DNA from: Carcharhinus longimanus
Taxonomy: Eukaryota
Reading direction: 5' to 3'
Assembly (NCBI GenBank): GCA_030264375.1
Contig: JASCQW010000109.1
Coordinates: 37,875,919-37,939,918, forward strand
DNA length: 64,000 nucleotides
The notes under the pieces were generated by a model. It was not told the DNA's origin. It saw only the letters and a program-made list of their open reading frames with translations, and made no database searches. Shown in pieces: positions 12,840 through 23,965 of this stretch (its first letter is position 1; each line of letters starts with the position of its first letter). Made by a program: the position numbers and the translations under genes.

Positions 12840-12990
12840 ACCAAAACAGAAAATGCTGGAAAATCCTGGAGCCATCCAGACTTGAAACGTTAACTCTATT
12901 CTTTCTCCACAGATGCTGTCAGACTTGCTGAGATTTTCCAGAATTTTCTGTTTTTGTTCCAGATTTCAACATCTGCAGTCATTTACTTTT
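12840..12990. mobile_element. Penelope-like family B fragment with internal inverted repeat
   Basis: AAAACAGAAAATGCTGGAAAATC...GATTTTCCAGAATTTTCTGTTTT; contains the hammerhead remnant GAAACGTTAAC. Confidence 0.65.
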
Positions 12991-13814
12991 CATGTTACAA
13001 GGACAGCATTGTTCAATTTTGGTATCCTGGCATCACAAATCAAGGTTGGGCTATGTGATGTGAGGATAGCACTTTGTCACATTTCTGGGCAGTTGATGGG
13101 GATGCAAGTGTGTGCACCCATCTCAATGACTCACAGACTCTAAGTATCGGCCATGGGGTTGCCTGCCCTCAAAGAACAGAGGGAAGTCTGGCAGTGCTGT
13201 GCAATTGAATTTCTTGCATCTTATTTTAGCTATTTGTAGGTCTTTGGGTGTACACATATTGGTTGACATTTAGGTTAATTCCCTGGTTGCAATGCACTTT
13301 GAGATGTCCTGAGCATACATTAAGAAATCACATAAATTATAGTTCTTTTTACAAAGGATCAGATAGTCTGAGTGATTAGGACTAGTCATACAAGACTGAG
13401 TTTTTTTCACTAAACTAAAGAATATTAAACTAAGTTACTGACCCACCACCTATCATTGCAGCAACATATACATACTAAGGGACAGTTTGGAAGAATTTTT
13501 AATGTTGAACAATACGTGTGCTTAGATATCTGGTTAGCGGCAAGGGTGTTGTTAGGAATGGGGAGGGAATGGAACTATTAAGTTCACTATTTTTCAACTA
13601 TTAAAAATTATGCAATTGAAACAATCAAAAAAAAGTAATCAAAACAGAAGATCTGAATCAATAACAATCTTGACTCATGGCATTATGACAAGCTTAATGT
13701 TAGAAACTTCAGAATGATACTGCTTATTCTCTCATTCTTTCCATTGGTTACAAACTCTAGGACATGTCCAGTAATTAATTTTAGTTGTTGGTTATTTTCA
13801 TTACCTGCAGTGAC

Positions 13815-13899
13815 CGAGGTACAGAGGTGGAGACACTCTTCCCGCTCAGAAAGGACAGTAGGACTAGGGGGCACAGCCTCAAGATAAAGGGGGGGCGGT
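13815..13899 (+). mobile_element. Young CR1 fragment running into a gap
   Basis: Encodes EVETLFPLRKDSRTRGHSLKIKGG, a CR1 ORF2 C-terminal motif. Confidence 0.8.
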
Positions 13900-15059
13900 N
13901 NNNNNNNNNNNNNNNNNNNNNNNNNNNNNNNNNNNNNNNNNNNNNNNNNNNNNNNNNNNNNNNNNNNNNNNNNNNNNNNNNNNNNNNNNNNNNNNNNNNN
14001 NNNNNNNNNNNNNNNNNNNNNNNNNNNNNNNNNNNNNNNNNNNNNNNNNNNNNNNNNNNNNNNNNNNNNNNNNNNNNNNNNNNNNNNNNNNNNNNNNNNN
14101 NNNNNNNNNNNNNNNNNNNNNNNNNNNNNNNNNNNNNNNNNNNNNNNNNNNNNNNNNTGGTATTTGCCTACTGCCTTCCATCTCGGCACTCTTTCATTCA
14201 AATCACATGAAGGTCTCTGTTCGCCATGACTCATGCATTCCCTTTGAAATCACATCTGCAGAATAGGCTTCCCTCACAAGGTGACCTCCTGTTCCTGCAC
14301 TGTTCAAATACGATTAGAAAAAAATGACAGCATTTGATATTTCCCAGCAATGGCTACATCTAAAACAGTCGCTAATACTGCTCTTCATGTTGTGAACCAA
14401 ATGAAGGAGATCAATGTGTGTAGGTTGCTAGAGGTTAATTTAACTACCATTGCACATATTTAACTCACTAAGCGCTGACAAGCTTGTACTGCCACATTTG
14501 CACTGTGAAGGAAAGCCTGCTGTCAAGCACACAAACTGCCCGCCAAATGCACAATTAATAGCGTACATTTTGCCACTGCAAAGTCAATGGAGAGAGATTA
14601 GCATGTAGATTAATGACAGAGCCATCTGATTCAGTAGAAAAAAGGGCATTAAAAATCCATTGTTTACATATTAAAGCAAATTTCAAAGAACAAATGCAGC
14701 ATTATGAGAATGTTTGGAACACTCAAATTCAGAACAAATTGATTCATCATTGGTTATATTAATGTTATTATTTGTATGCAAGCTGGAGAACATAACGTAC
14801 TTTGAAAAAAGTGACTAAGTGTAGTTACAATGGTCATTAGAGTCACAATACAATTGTGCAATGGGATCACCACTGGTGAGTTTATTCTGTTAGCATATTG
14901 AAATATACACATTATATGACTAAGTTTCAACAAAATTGTCCACCATTTAAATAATGACAGTACTTGCTCATCATTAAGACTAGATTTTATTTTGCCATAT
15001 CTGTGACTAAGGCAAATAGCACATTCTGACAGCAACTCCACACTTCAATTTTACTTAGA

Positions 15060-15350
15060 ATTACACAGAATTTATAACACAACAACAGCTCATTCATCCC
15101 AACCACTGCAGACTCCTGCTTCCCCCATCCTTCTTCATCTAACTCTATTAGCCCCCTTTACTCATTTCTACCTCATATGGTTATCTAGCCTTACCTTAAA
15201 TATATTTATACCATATTCACCTAAACCAGACTCTGTGGGAGCAAGTTGAATGTTCTCATCACTCCGTAAATGAATTTATTCTAAATTCCCTACTTGATGG
15301 CTAACTTAAATTAATTACCTTTAACTTTGCTTCTCTCAATAAGTGGAAAC
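15060..15350 (-). mobile_element. Old CR1 3' fragment
   Basis: Similar to 4985-5290 and 27520-27890. Confidence 0.55.
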
Positions 15351-15356
15351 CCTCAC

Positions 15357-16151
15357 GGTTGAATCTTACCAGCCATTTGAAGACGGTGGGGTGGGGGGGA
15401 GGTGGGGAGGCGGATGAGGGGATGGGGGGCGGAAATGGTGGTGATAAGTCTTCCATGGCATATGGGGACTACCAAGTAAACCCTGGAAGTTTCTCAGTTT
15501 GCACCATGGATGGAGGAGATGCCATCCACTTCATGCATTCTTTGGCCCACCAGCTGCATTGACCAATCTTGTGGCAATGCTGCCACTTTCCCACAGCAAC
15601 CACCCATCCTAGCCACCACCCTCCCCACCTCAGTGGGGTATGTCTAACTAGCTCCACTGCCCCCAGACCCCACTTACCTGACTTGAATGCAAGAACGCAG
15701 TCTCATACTGTAGATACAGTCACAGCAGTCACCATAGTTGCACTGTTAAGGATGCCAAACTGTTAGCCCTCTGATTGGATGCCACTAACAAAATGTGGCC
15801 TGGAATCCCACTATCCATCAAAGCTGTGTTGCTACCCCTCTGTCCTCTCATTCCAACCCCACCCCTGCTTTCCATCCCAGTGTGGAGATATTGGTGTTGA
15901 ACTGGGGTAAACACAGTAACAAGTCTCACAACACCAGGTTAAAGTCCAACAAGTTTATTTGGTAGCAAAGCCACTAGCTTTCGGGCTTCTGACCCTTCGT
16001 TAGGTGAATGGAGAGTTCTGATCACAAACTTTTATGTGCTAATGGCTTTCGCTACCAAATAAACCTGTTGGACTTTAACCTGGTGTTATGAGGCTTCTTA
16101 CTATATTCCATCCCGGCGACAGCGGACTGGCCGCCCCTGCAAAATTCAGCC
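15357..16151. mobile_element. Non-autonomous DNA transposon (Harbinger-type MITE) hosting a Penelope insertion
   Basis: Imperfect terminal inverted repeats GGTTGAATCTT / AAAATTCAGCC; GC-rich interior. Confidence 0.5.
15879..16105. mobile_element. Fold-back Penelope-like element (family A), internally deleted
   Basis: Inverted arms CACCAGGTTAAAGTCCAACAAGTTTATTTGGTAGC / GCTACCAAATAAACCTGTTGGACTTTAACCTGGTG. Flanking direct repeat TTCCATCCC at 15870-15878 and 16106-16114. Confidence 0.8.
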
Positions 16152-16344
16152 TTCTCCAGCCTTCTTTAAAAATTAGTGGATCAATAATGCTCTTCCACAT
16201 GTCAGTGTGTAACAAAATTTCTTGAAAGAATACTAAGATTATAGTTACTTGGTTTTTCCCACTTTTTTTCCTTTTTTTGCCTCAACCAGGAAACAGCATT
16301 ATTAGAGGGTGGCAGGGTTGTGTGCAAAGTTATCACTTACTTTT

Positions 16345-17140
16345 TATTGTTTGTTCACAGATGTGGGCAATGCTGCATTTATTGCCCAGTTCTTGTCACT
16401 CTGAAAAGATGATGACGATTCTTCTAGTTTAACTGCTGTAGAGGATGCTGATAATGCTCTCACAATGATCTGAAGTGGGGACTTTGAGGATTTGACCAAA
16501 CAGGAGTATTGAAATGGCCTTATATGTCCATGTCAACATGCTGAGATTCTTGGAGGGCTGCATGATTTTGTTGCTCCAGTCCATTTTTATTTTAGTGGTC
16601 TGAGCCTAGTGGATGATTTTGAAACACACTTAGTGATCTGTTGAATTGCATTATGGAAATGGTACAAACTATGCTATAGTATACTTGTGGTGGAGGGAGG
16701 GGATTTTCAGTTCAGTGTCAAGGATATCAATCAAGTAAAATGCTTTGTCTTTAGTAGTGCCAAACTTCCTGAATGTTGTTTTGGATGTGCCCACCCATAC
16801 AAGTGGCAATTACCACTTCACACATCTGATTTGAGCTTTCTAGATACTGAGGAGGCTTTGAGGGGTCAATTATCACAGAGTATTTCTTTCCTCCTCTTGA
16901 GGTCACAGTGCTGATATGGTTATTCCAGTTAAGCTTTTGTTCAAATGTCATCTGTGAGATGCTGATAGTGAAAACTTGATAATGAGGTTTCAAGAGAAAT
17001 TGCAGTGGTTTTCACTTGTTGGAGATGGTTATTACCTTGGACTTCTGTGAGATGAATGGTACTTGTCAACTCATGCTCAGATATTTTAGAAAACATGCTG
17101 TAGGCTTTTATATTACTGGAGGAATCATCAGCAAATTACC
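16345..17140 (-). mobile_element. Highly decayed CR1-group LINE (same family as 47960-49283)
   Basis: GATGTGGGCAATGCTGCATTTATTGCCCA...TTGTTGGAGATGGTTATTACCTTGG aligns by eye to the reverse complement of the 48500-49283 copy. Confidence 0.6.
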
Positions 17141-17535
17141 CTGACATTCACAGAATGATTACAGCATGGGAAGAGTCAATTTGGTCCATTATTTCAGTAC
17201 CAAACTCTGCAAAAGAAAATCAACTGCTTCCACTCCCTTGTCCTTTTTTTCCCCTTCAAGTGCCTATCCAGCTCACTTTTGAAAGCCACGATTAAATCTG
17301 TCTCTTCCAGGTCTGAACCAAACATTGCATAAAAACATTTTAGTTCATGTTGCCTTTGGTTCTTCTGCCAAACACCTTAAGTTTATATTCTCTGATTATC
17401 AACCCTTCTGCTATTGGGAACAGTTTCTCCCTATCTATTCTATTTAGGCTTTCATAATTTTGAACACCTTTATCAAATCTCCTGTCAATGTTTTCTGCTC
17501 CAAGGAAAACAATACCAATGTCTCCAATCTTGTTC
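17140..17535 (-). mobile_element. CR1 3' fragment
   Basis: ORF 17340-17558 contains RIDREKLFPIAEGLIIREYKLKVFG. Confidence 0.75.
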
Positions 17536-18074
17536 ATTTTGGCAGGAAGAATAAACAAAGCAGCATATTATATATAAGGTGAGAAATTGCAGAGGTCTGT
17601 GATGCAGAGACAACTAAGTATATGAATCACAAAAGATTAGCATGAAGGTACAGCAATTAATTGGGAAAGATAATAGAATATTATTGCTTATTGCGGGGGG
17701 AACTGAATGTGAGAGTAGGAAAGTTATGCTTTAGTTCTAAAGGGCATTGGTGAGCCAAAATCCGGAGGACTGTGTACAATATTGGTCTCTTTATTTAATG
17801 AAGGATGGAAATGCATTGGAAGCAGTTCAGAATTACTAGACCAATACCTGGAAAGACCAGGCAGGTATTTGCAGGAGTTTAGAAGAGCATATATGATCCT
17901 GAGGATTCTTGACAGGGTGGAAAGGAAGTTTCCTCTTGTAGGAGAATTGAGAACGAGACTCACTGTTTAAAAATAAGGATACACCTATTTAGGACACAGG
18001 TGAGGAGAAATATTTTCTTTTGGGGTGGAACTCTCATTCTCAAAAGGCGGTGGAAGCAACCTTTGAAAGTTTTT
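17536..18074 (+). mobile_element. CR1 ORF2 3' fragment
   Basis: ILDRVERKFPLVGELRTR and MRRNIFF motifs. Confidence 0.8.
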
Positions 18075-19639
18075 NNNNNNNNNNNNNNNNNNNNNNNNNN
18101 NNNNNNNNNNNNNNNNNNNNNNNNNNNNNNNNNNNNNNNNNNNNNNNNNNNNNNNNNNNNNNNNNNNNNNNNNNTGAGAACAAAAAAAAAAGCACAGATT
18201 GTTCATCCAAAACACAGACAAAGCCAAGGCTTAAAAAAAAATCAAATAGCACAAATCATCAACATCTGCTACCACCGTTTTTAAAAAGTGAACACAGTCA
18301 ACAGCTGGCAGCGTGAAATCCGGTTTTTGCGTTACTGTAAGGAATTCACAATCAAATACCGGATAGCTGCTTGTAGCTTAAAAAGATCCCAATCAATACC
18401 TGTCATTGATTTGATAGGCGAATATAAACTTTACACAAAACAACATCCGGGCAAAGTTTACACATAAAACGCAATGTGATTTTTTTTTAACATTTCCAAT
18501 GCATTTAGGGTTTCTTAGTGCAGAAGAAACTTTGAAATATTTTGGCTGCAACTTGTAAAATCAAAGGAATCTTCATTCAGAACCAGCTTGAGGTTATAAA
18601 TGCTGGCTGGGTTTCCTTAAAAATGATTTTTCAAACAGAATGAGAAACAAGTCATTAAAAAGTATTCGATTAAAATGCCTTGATCTAGAACACACCTGTT
18701 TTCAATTGTCAGATGCGGAGGAATGCACCATAGTTCCAGATTCTCTCAGAAATCCACAGTGAACAATCCACCTTACCATGTAAGGCATCAAATTCAGTGT
18801 TATATAACACTGCAGACTGCATTAGCCACATTTCTCCATTGGCTGTCATAGCTCAATTGGCAAAAGCCCTTTCTGGTGAGGCGCACAAAACATCCAGGAT
18901 TGTTTTTACAGTAAAAATGAGTTAATTTTTGCTACGACATTAGAATTTCTAGTGGGATTAAGTACAGTAGCACCTTGAAACTATTCCTCTAAGTTGACCC
19001 ATTCATGTTTGCCCTTGCTGACCGTAAACTCCCAGGGTTCAAAAAAAAAATATCAACCCTCAGCCATTTCCAGTTCCCTAAATTATCACATTACCACAAT
19101 CAGTGTTCAGTGACATCGGAACAACCTTTCCCTCATTATACCATTGTTAAAGCATTGAAAGGACAACGGTTGAAACAGAGCACTCAAGCACAAGAAAACC
19201 TACCCTACACTTGGTTCAGTTTGTGATCACCATCAGTAAGAGGCATATATTTAGCAATGAAACTGTGGGGCAGTGGTGCCTGACACACACAGTCTCCCAC
19301 AATCCCAACGTTCTACTGCACACTGAATTTGTGCTTCTATGGTGCACATCATGGTCAGGAATACACAGAAAAATCTCAAGTGTCCAAGCAACACTGCAAA
19401 GCTGTTTTTACATAGCTACAGATATCAGCCCCTGATTAGCACAAGAGGAAACTGGCCAGGATTCTAAGGCCATTACATGCCAGCCTTGGACAATCCCAGC
19501 TCGTTTACTTTTCAGTTGTGGCCTGCAGTCAGATAGATAGATACCTGTACAGCAAGAATTTAACTTGCTTTAAATTGTGCAAGCCCCACGTTAAGCCCAA
19601 ACCAGGGAAACCAGTTTTAAGGATTACAAGAGCAACGAA

Positions 19640-19736
19640 CATAAACGCAGAAAACTGCTGGAGACACTCAGCAGGTCAGGTAGCACTGGTGAGGAGGGAA
19701 AACAAAATTAACATTTCAGTTCAAATGATCAGAACT
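19640..19736. mobile_element. Penelope-like family B fragment
   Basis: AACGCAGAAAACTGCTGGAGACACTCAGCAGGTCAGGTAGCAC, as at 8955 and 12845. Confidence 0.55.
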
Positions 19737-20330
19737 GGGAGACAAGAACAGGAACAAAAGATGGCCTTCAAGGAGGCCTACATGGTTATGGTAGAATAGC
19801 AGAAAGGGTGGAGGGAAACTTGGAAACTCCTGCAGAGCGAAATAGATATAGGGACATCAGCAGTGCATCTAGACCACTGAGCCAACCATGTAGAATTAGA
19901 GAATTCCCACCCAATAAAAGTGATTTCAGTGTATGACAAATAAAAGGTCACGCTAGAACCGGGTTAGATTTTAAATCCTGGTAGCAGAAGCTGTCAAATG
20001 TAGCAGATTCAATCGCTCCAGCTGCTGCTACTGGATTTTGTATTAGTGAATTTATGTAGTCTAGAAACTGGCAAGCACTAATGCTGGTGGTAATTATACA
20101 ATATTAACTGTGGAACATGCTCTCGAGCTCGAAGCTGATTTTATCTTATCGAGTGCGTAAGCGAAGAAGAAACCAAGATTCTATATCCAGAAAACTTTTA
20201 ATTAACATCAATCACAGCCATTGCCCGATACATTTTATCTGGGCATTTTAAACTGGTGGGGTATTAAAAAGATGTAGAACGCCTTGTTCTCAGACAATTC
20301 AGTTCCCATTCCATTTGTTGACTTCAATCA

Positions 20331-20346
20331 GGCCACTAGATGGCAC
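20331..20346 (+). promoter_or_regulatory. CTCF-binding motif
   Basis: GGCCACTAGATGGCAC matches the CTCF core CCASYAGRKGGCR and lies in sequence with no recognisable repeat. Confidence 0.6.
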
Positions 20347-20379
20347 ATTGAGCAATTTCAACAGTCCTCTTGTACTTAC

Positions 20380-20440
20380 ACAATAAGGAGAACTTTGAAT
20401 AATCCTGTATCGAGTGACTGACACACACCCACTCAATCAT
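20380..20440 (-). CDS. Candidate alternative first coding exon (MIEWVCVSHSIQDYSKFSLL + 1 nt)
   Basis: ATG at 20440-20438, 20 codons + 1 nt, then GTAAGT (20379-20374). Phase 1 joins exon 2 in frame. In-frame TAA just upstream; weak Kozak context. Confidence 0.25.
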
Positions 20441-21004
20441 CCACCTCCCCGTATTTTACCATTCAAGTTAAACCAGGGGATCAGTGCTGAGGATGTCACA
20501 ATTCCAATCTCAGGGGCATTTTAATATGATTACACTATTTCTTAAATTAATTTAACTTTGTACACTGTTTTAGCATTAAACCACGTTAACGTTAGTCAGC
20601 ACAGCATCTGGCCAAGTATTTAATTTTTGACCTCCCAATGGATGGAAGGAGGAAGAAGCAAAAGCAAGAATGTAACTGAATAACTTGGCTTTTTTTTTTG
20701 TTTAATAATGGATTTTACAAGCACTTAAATGTTCCCTTATCTCATGACAAAGAGGAAGCAATAGAATGTTCCGGGATTTCCACTGGGTGAAACAGCACCA
20801 CAGAATAAGAAACCAAAAGGCAAATGCTGGATGTGTGTGTGTGACAGACTTGGAAGAGAATGCTCAGACACAGCTGCCTTCCATCGTGAGAACCCTTTTC
20901 TTACAATAAAGACATCCCTTGCTTCACATCTTCCCAAGCATAACAGGAAACAAATTTTGTTTCTTGGGAAGTGAAGCTGAACGGTTTTATCATACTTCTA
21001 GTAT

Positions 21005-21207
21005 GTTGGTTTAGCTCAGTTGGTTGGACAGCTGGTTTGCAATGCAGAGCGGTGGTTACAGCGTGGGTTCAATTCTGATACCAGCCGAGGATATTGATGA
21101 AGGTTGCTGCTTGCCTGAGATGTGGTGATTCTCAGGTTAAATCACCACCTTTGAGGGTTAGAGCAGCCTGCGGTCACCTGGGACTATGACGACTTTACCT
21201 TTTACCT
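21005..21207 (+). mobile_element. tRNA-derived SINE (not V-SINE)
   Basis: Box A TAGCTCAGTTGG, box B GGTTCAATTC, body CTCAGGTTAAATCACCACC, (TTTACC)n tail; no cloverleaf. Confidence 0.75.
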
Positions 21208-21279
21208 AGTGTTAACTAGTTAGCCCAAAATATATTGTTTAAACACACAAATGATTTACAATCAAATATTCCACTATTT

Positions 21280-21620
21280 TGACAACAATACAACTTATAT
21301 TTATACAGTGTCTTTAACGTAATGGAATGTCCCATGGTGCTCTACAGAAGCATTATAAAACAAAGAATGACACCCAATCACATGAGGAGATGATAGGTCA
21401 GATAACCAAAAGCTTGGTCGAAGAGGCAGCTTTTCAGGAATATCCTAAAGGAGGGAAGCGAGGTGGAAAGGCAGAGGGGTGTAGGGAGGGTGGTTCAGAG
21501 CTTGGGGTGTAACCACAGACCTCAATCTTGCAGCGATTCAAATTGGGGGTGCATAAAAGGCCAGAATGAGAAGACTGCAGATATCTCAGCGTTGTGGGGC
21601 TGCAGTGGATGAGAGAGATA
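21280..21620 (-). mobile_element. L2 LINE 3' fragment
   Basis: Reverse-complement match to 12260-12665. Confidence 0.7.
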
Positions 21621-22384
21621 GGAATGGCACCACCATCCTAGAAGAAATCAGCTGACATAAAATAGACCAGGGATAGATAGACAATGAGAATAGGAAAATC
21701 ACAATGAGATTTGGGATGAAACAGCAGGGTCTGTTATTGAAGGGTTCCACCGCATCAACACCATTTTTTGGAATTAATGCAAATAGAATCTAAATATTGG
21801 AACAAATGGCTGGACCAAAGGCAGCTTTCCTACGATTCAATATTTGAAGCATTGGTGTGAAGTACAAGCAGCAACTTCTGTTTCTAAAGAATAAATGAGG
21901 CAAACTGGTTAAAATTAAAATAATCTTGCTGATCTCTGCCACAGCGAGCAGTCTTTTATAAACGATTACCACTGATTTAACTAACAAGCACTGATGGACC
22001 AAACAAATTGCTCCCTCTGATTACCGTATTTTCCAGATCTCCATTCTTCACTAGCACACAGTTCAAATGTTGAGCCATATTATCAGCTTCATGCACTTTA
22101 AGCTCCTGGTTTGTTCCCTAAAAGAGTAAGCAAAGAAAATTCAGTGTCAGCTTGTGGAGAAAACAATAGAAAATAAAACAGAAATGTAAACTCACTATAG
22201 GCAATCAGTAAACAGTATTAGTCCCTGGATAAATACACCAGGTAAGCTCATGAAGGTACGTCTTTTGTTCTACATGTTACATTAAAGTTAAAATTTATTT
22301 ATTAGTGTCACAAGTAGGCTTACATAAACACTGCAAAGAAGTTACTGCGACAATCCCCCGAGTCGTCACGCTGAGGTGCCTGTT

Positions 22385-22525
22385 CATAAGAACATAAGAA
22401 ATAGGAGCAGGAGTTGGCCATCTAGCCCCTCGAGCTTGCCCCGCCATTCAATAAGATCATGGCTGATCTGTCGTGGCTCAGTTCCACTTTTCCGCCCTCT
22501 CCCCATAACCCTTAATCCCCTCGCT
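22385..22525 (-). mobile_element. CR1 3' end
   Basis: CATAAGAACATAAGAAATAGGAGCAGGAG...GATCATGGCTGATC, the reverse complement of the tail at 46150-46238. Confidence 0.85.
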
Positions 22526-23603
22526 TATCAAAAACTTTGCAGAACTTTTTTTAAAGCAAAGGTGTTTATATGTTTCCATATTCTTATCTATTTGATTTTA
22601 TTGGTTTGGGGAAAGGAACTTGCTTGATAACCTGAGTTAAAAGAATGGAGCATGTGAAAATGCGATAACTGTCAAACTGTGATGGGCCCTCAGCTTTATA
22701 TCATTTTCTTTCTGGTGGCCTCTTATTGCACATAATCTTGAAAGATATTTTTATTACGTTCTATCAGTACTGGGATTTGCTCCAGTTCACGCTTGGGACT
22801 TACTAAAAAAGATTAGACAATGATAATTCCCACAAATTTCAAGGTAGATTGGGTTTCTTGTTGATACAGAAATTTGAATGGAGAATATGACAGCTTTATG
22901 CCATTTGTTTGCAAATTACAAAAAAAATTCAGCTTTGTACATTTGCTCAGAAACAAGTAAAAATTACTTTTCTAAAGATAAAGGTCCACATTATTTAGAA
23001 TTGTACTTGGATTTTGTAGGAGTGAAAACTGGCTGCAGGTTCTCATTTGAACTTTCTCCATAGTCAGGAATGGCATATTTGGACCCATTATAAATCTGTT
23101 CTCTCAAATAAACAGGATTTTACTGCGAGCTACCTTACAGCACTTGGGGGTAAATTCCCTTTGCCTCTTCTAGTGCTAACCTTCCCACAAGCGCATTGGT
23201 TGGCAGCTCTGTTTAAAGTTTATTTACTAGTATCACAAGCCCATTCAAAATGTTCGATAATCCTTCACAGATGTACTTTGTGCTGACATGTGGGTTCTAA
23301 TCCATGATGTGAGACTATGCTGGTAGCTGTAGAAACAACTGTCTACAACCCAGTCAAATACCCTCTAATCTTACACTTTGCCATGCCTCTACATTCCATT
23401 CTCTCTCCGCCCCAGTCCTGTCTAGTCATGTGTCCTATGGTGTTGACTGCAATCCTCCAGGGTGTTCTTACCCTCACTGGTATTTAGCATTGGACATCGG
23501 TTTTGACAGTGCAACATTCCTGGTGGATTCTTACACTGTCTGCCTCTTCCTAACCTTTCTAACCCACCTTATTATCCTCCACACCTGTACAGTAATTGTT
23601 CTG

Positions 23604-23965
23604 ATGTGGAGGTGCCAGCATTGGACTGGGGTAAACACAGTAAGAAGTCTCACAACACCAGGCCAAAGTCCCACAGGTTCACTTGGTAATAAACACCACT
23701 AGCTGTCAGAACGCTGTTCCTTCGTCAGGTGAGTGGAAGTTCTGATCACAAGCAGGGCATATAAAGGCACACACAATTTACAGAATACAGATTAGCTGTA
23801 AAGACTCGCATTCTAATCAGTATTCTGTAAACTGTGCGTGCCTTTATACGCCCTGCTTGTGATCAGAGCTCTCCATTCACCTGACGAAGGAACAGTGTTC
23901 CGAAAGCTAGTGGCATTTACTACAAATAAACCTGTTGGACTTTAACCTGGTGTTGTGAGACTTCT
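23604..23965. mobile_element. Fold-back Penelope-like element (family A) with two opposed hammerheads and a target-site duplication
   Basis: About 155-bp inverted arms (23640-23795 / 23813-23968). TSD TACAGTAATT(G/A)TTCTG at 23588-23603 and 23966-23981. Confidence 0.85.
23877..23913 (+). ncRNA. Minimal type I hammerhead ribozyme (Penelope type)
   Basis: TCAC-CTGACGA-A-GGAAC(AGT)GTTCC-GAAA-GC-TA-GTGG: intact CUGANGA and GAAA core, 5-bp stem II, palindromic AGCT stem III, stem I TCAC/GTGG. Confidence 0.75.

Noticed and set aside
15672-15680. Strong minus-strand donor CAG|GTAAGT (another at about 28203-28211)
   Set aside because: Both lie inside MITE-like repeats and I found no convincing paired acceptor with an open frame.
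21005-21085. Possible tRNA gene
   Set aside because: A and B boxes are present but there is no acceptor or anticodon stem, and it continues into a SINE body and tail.
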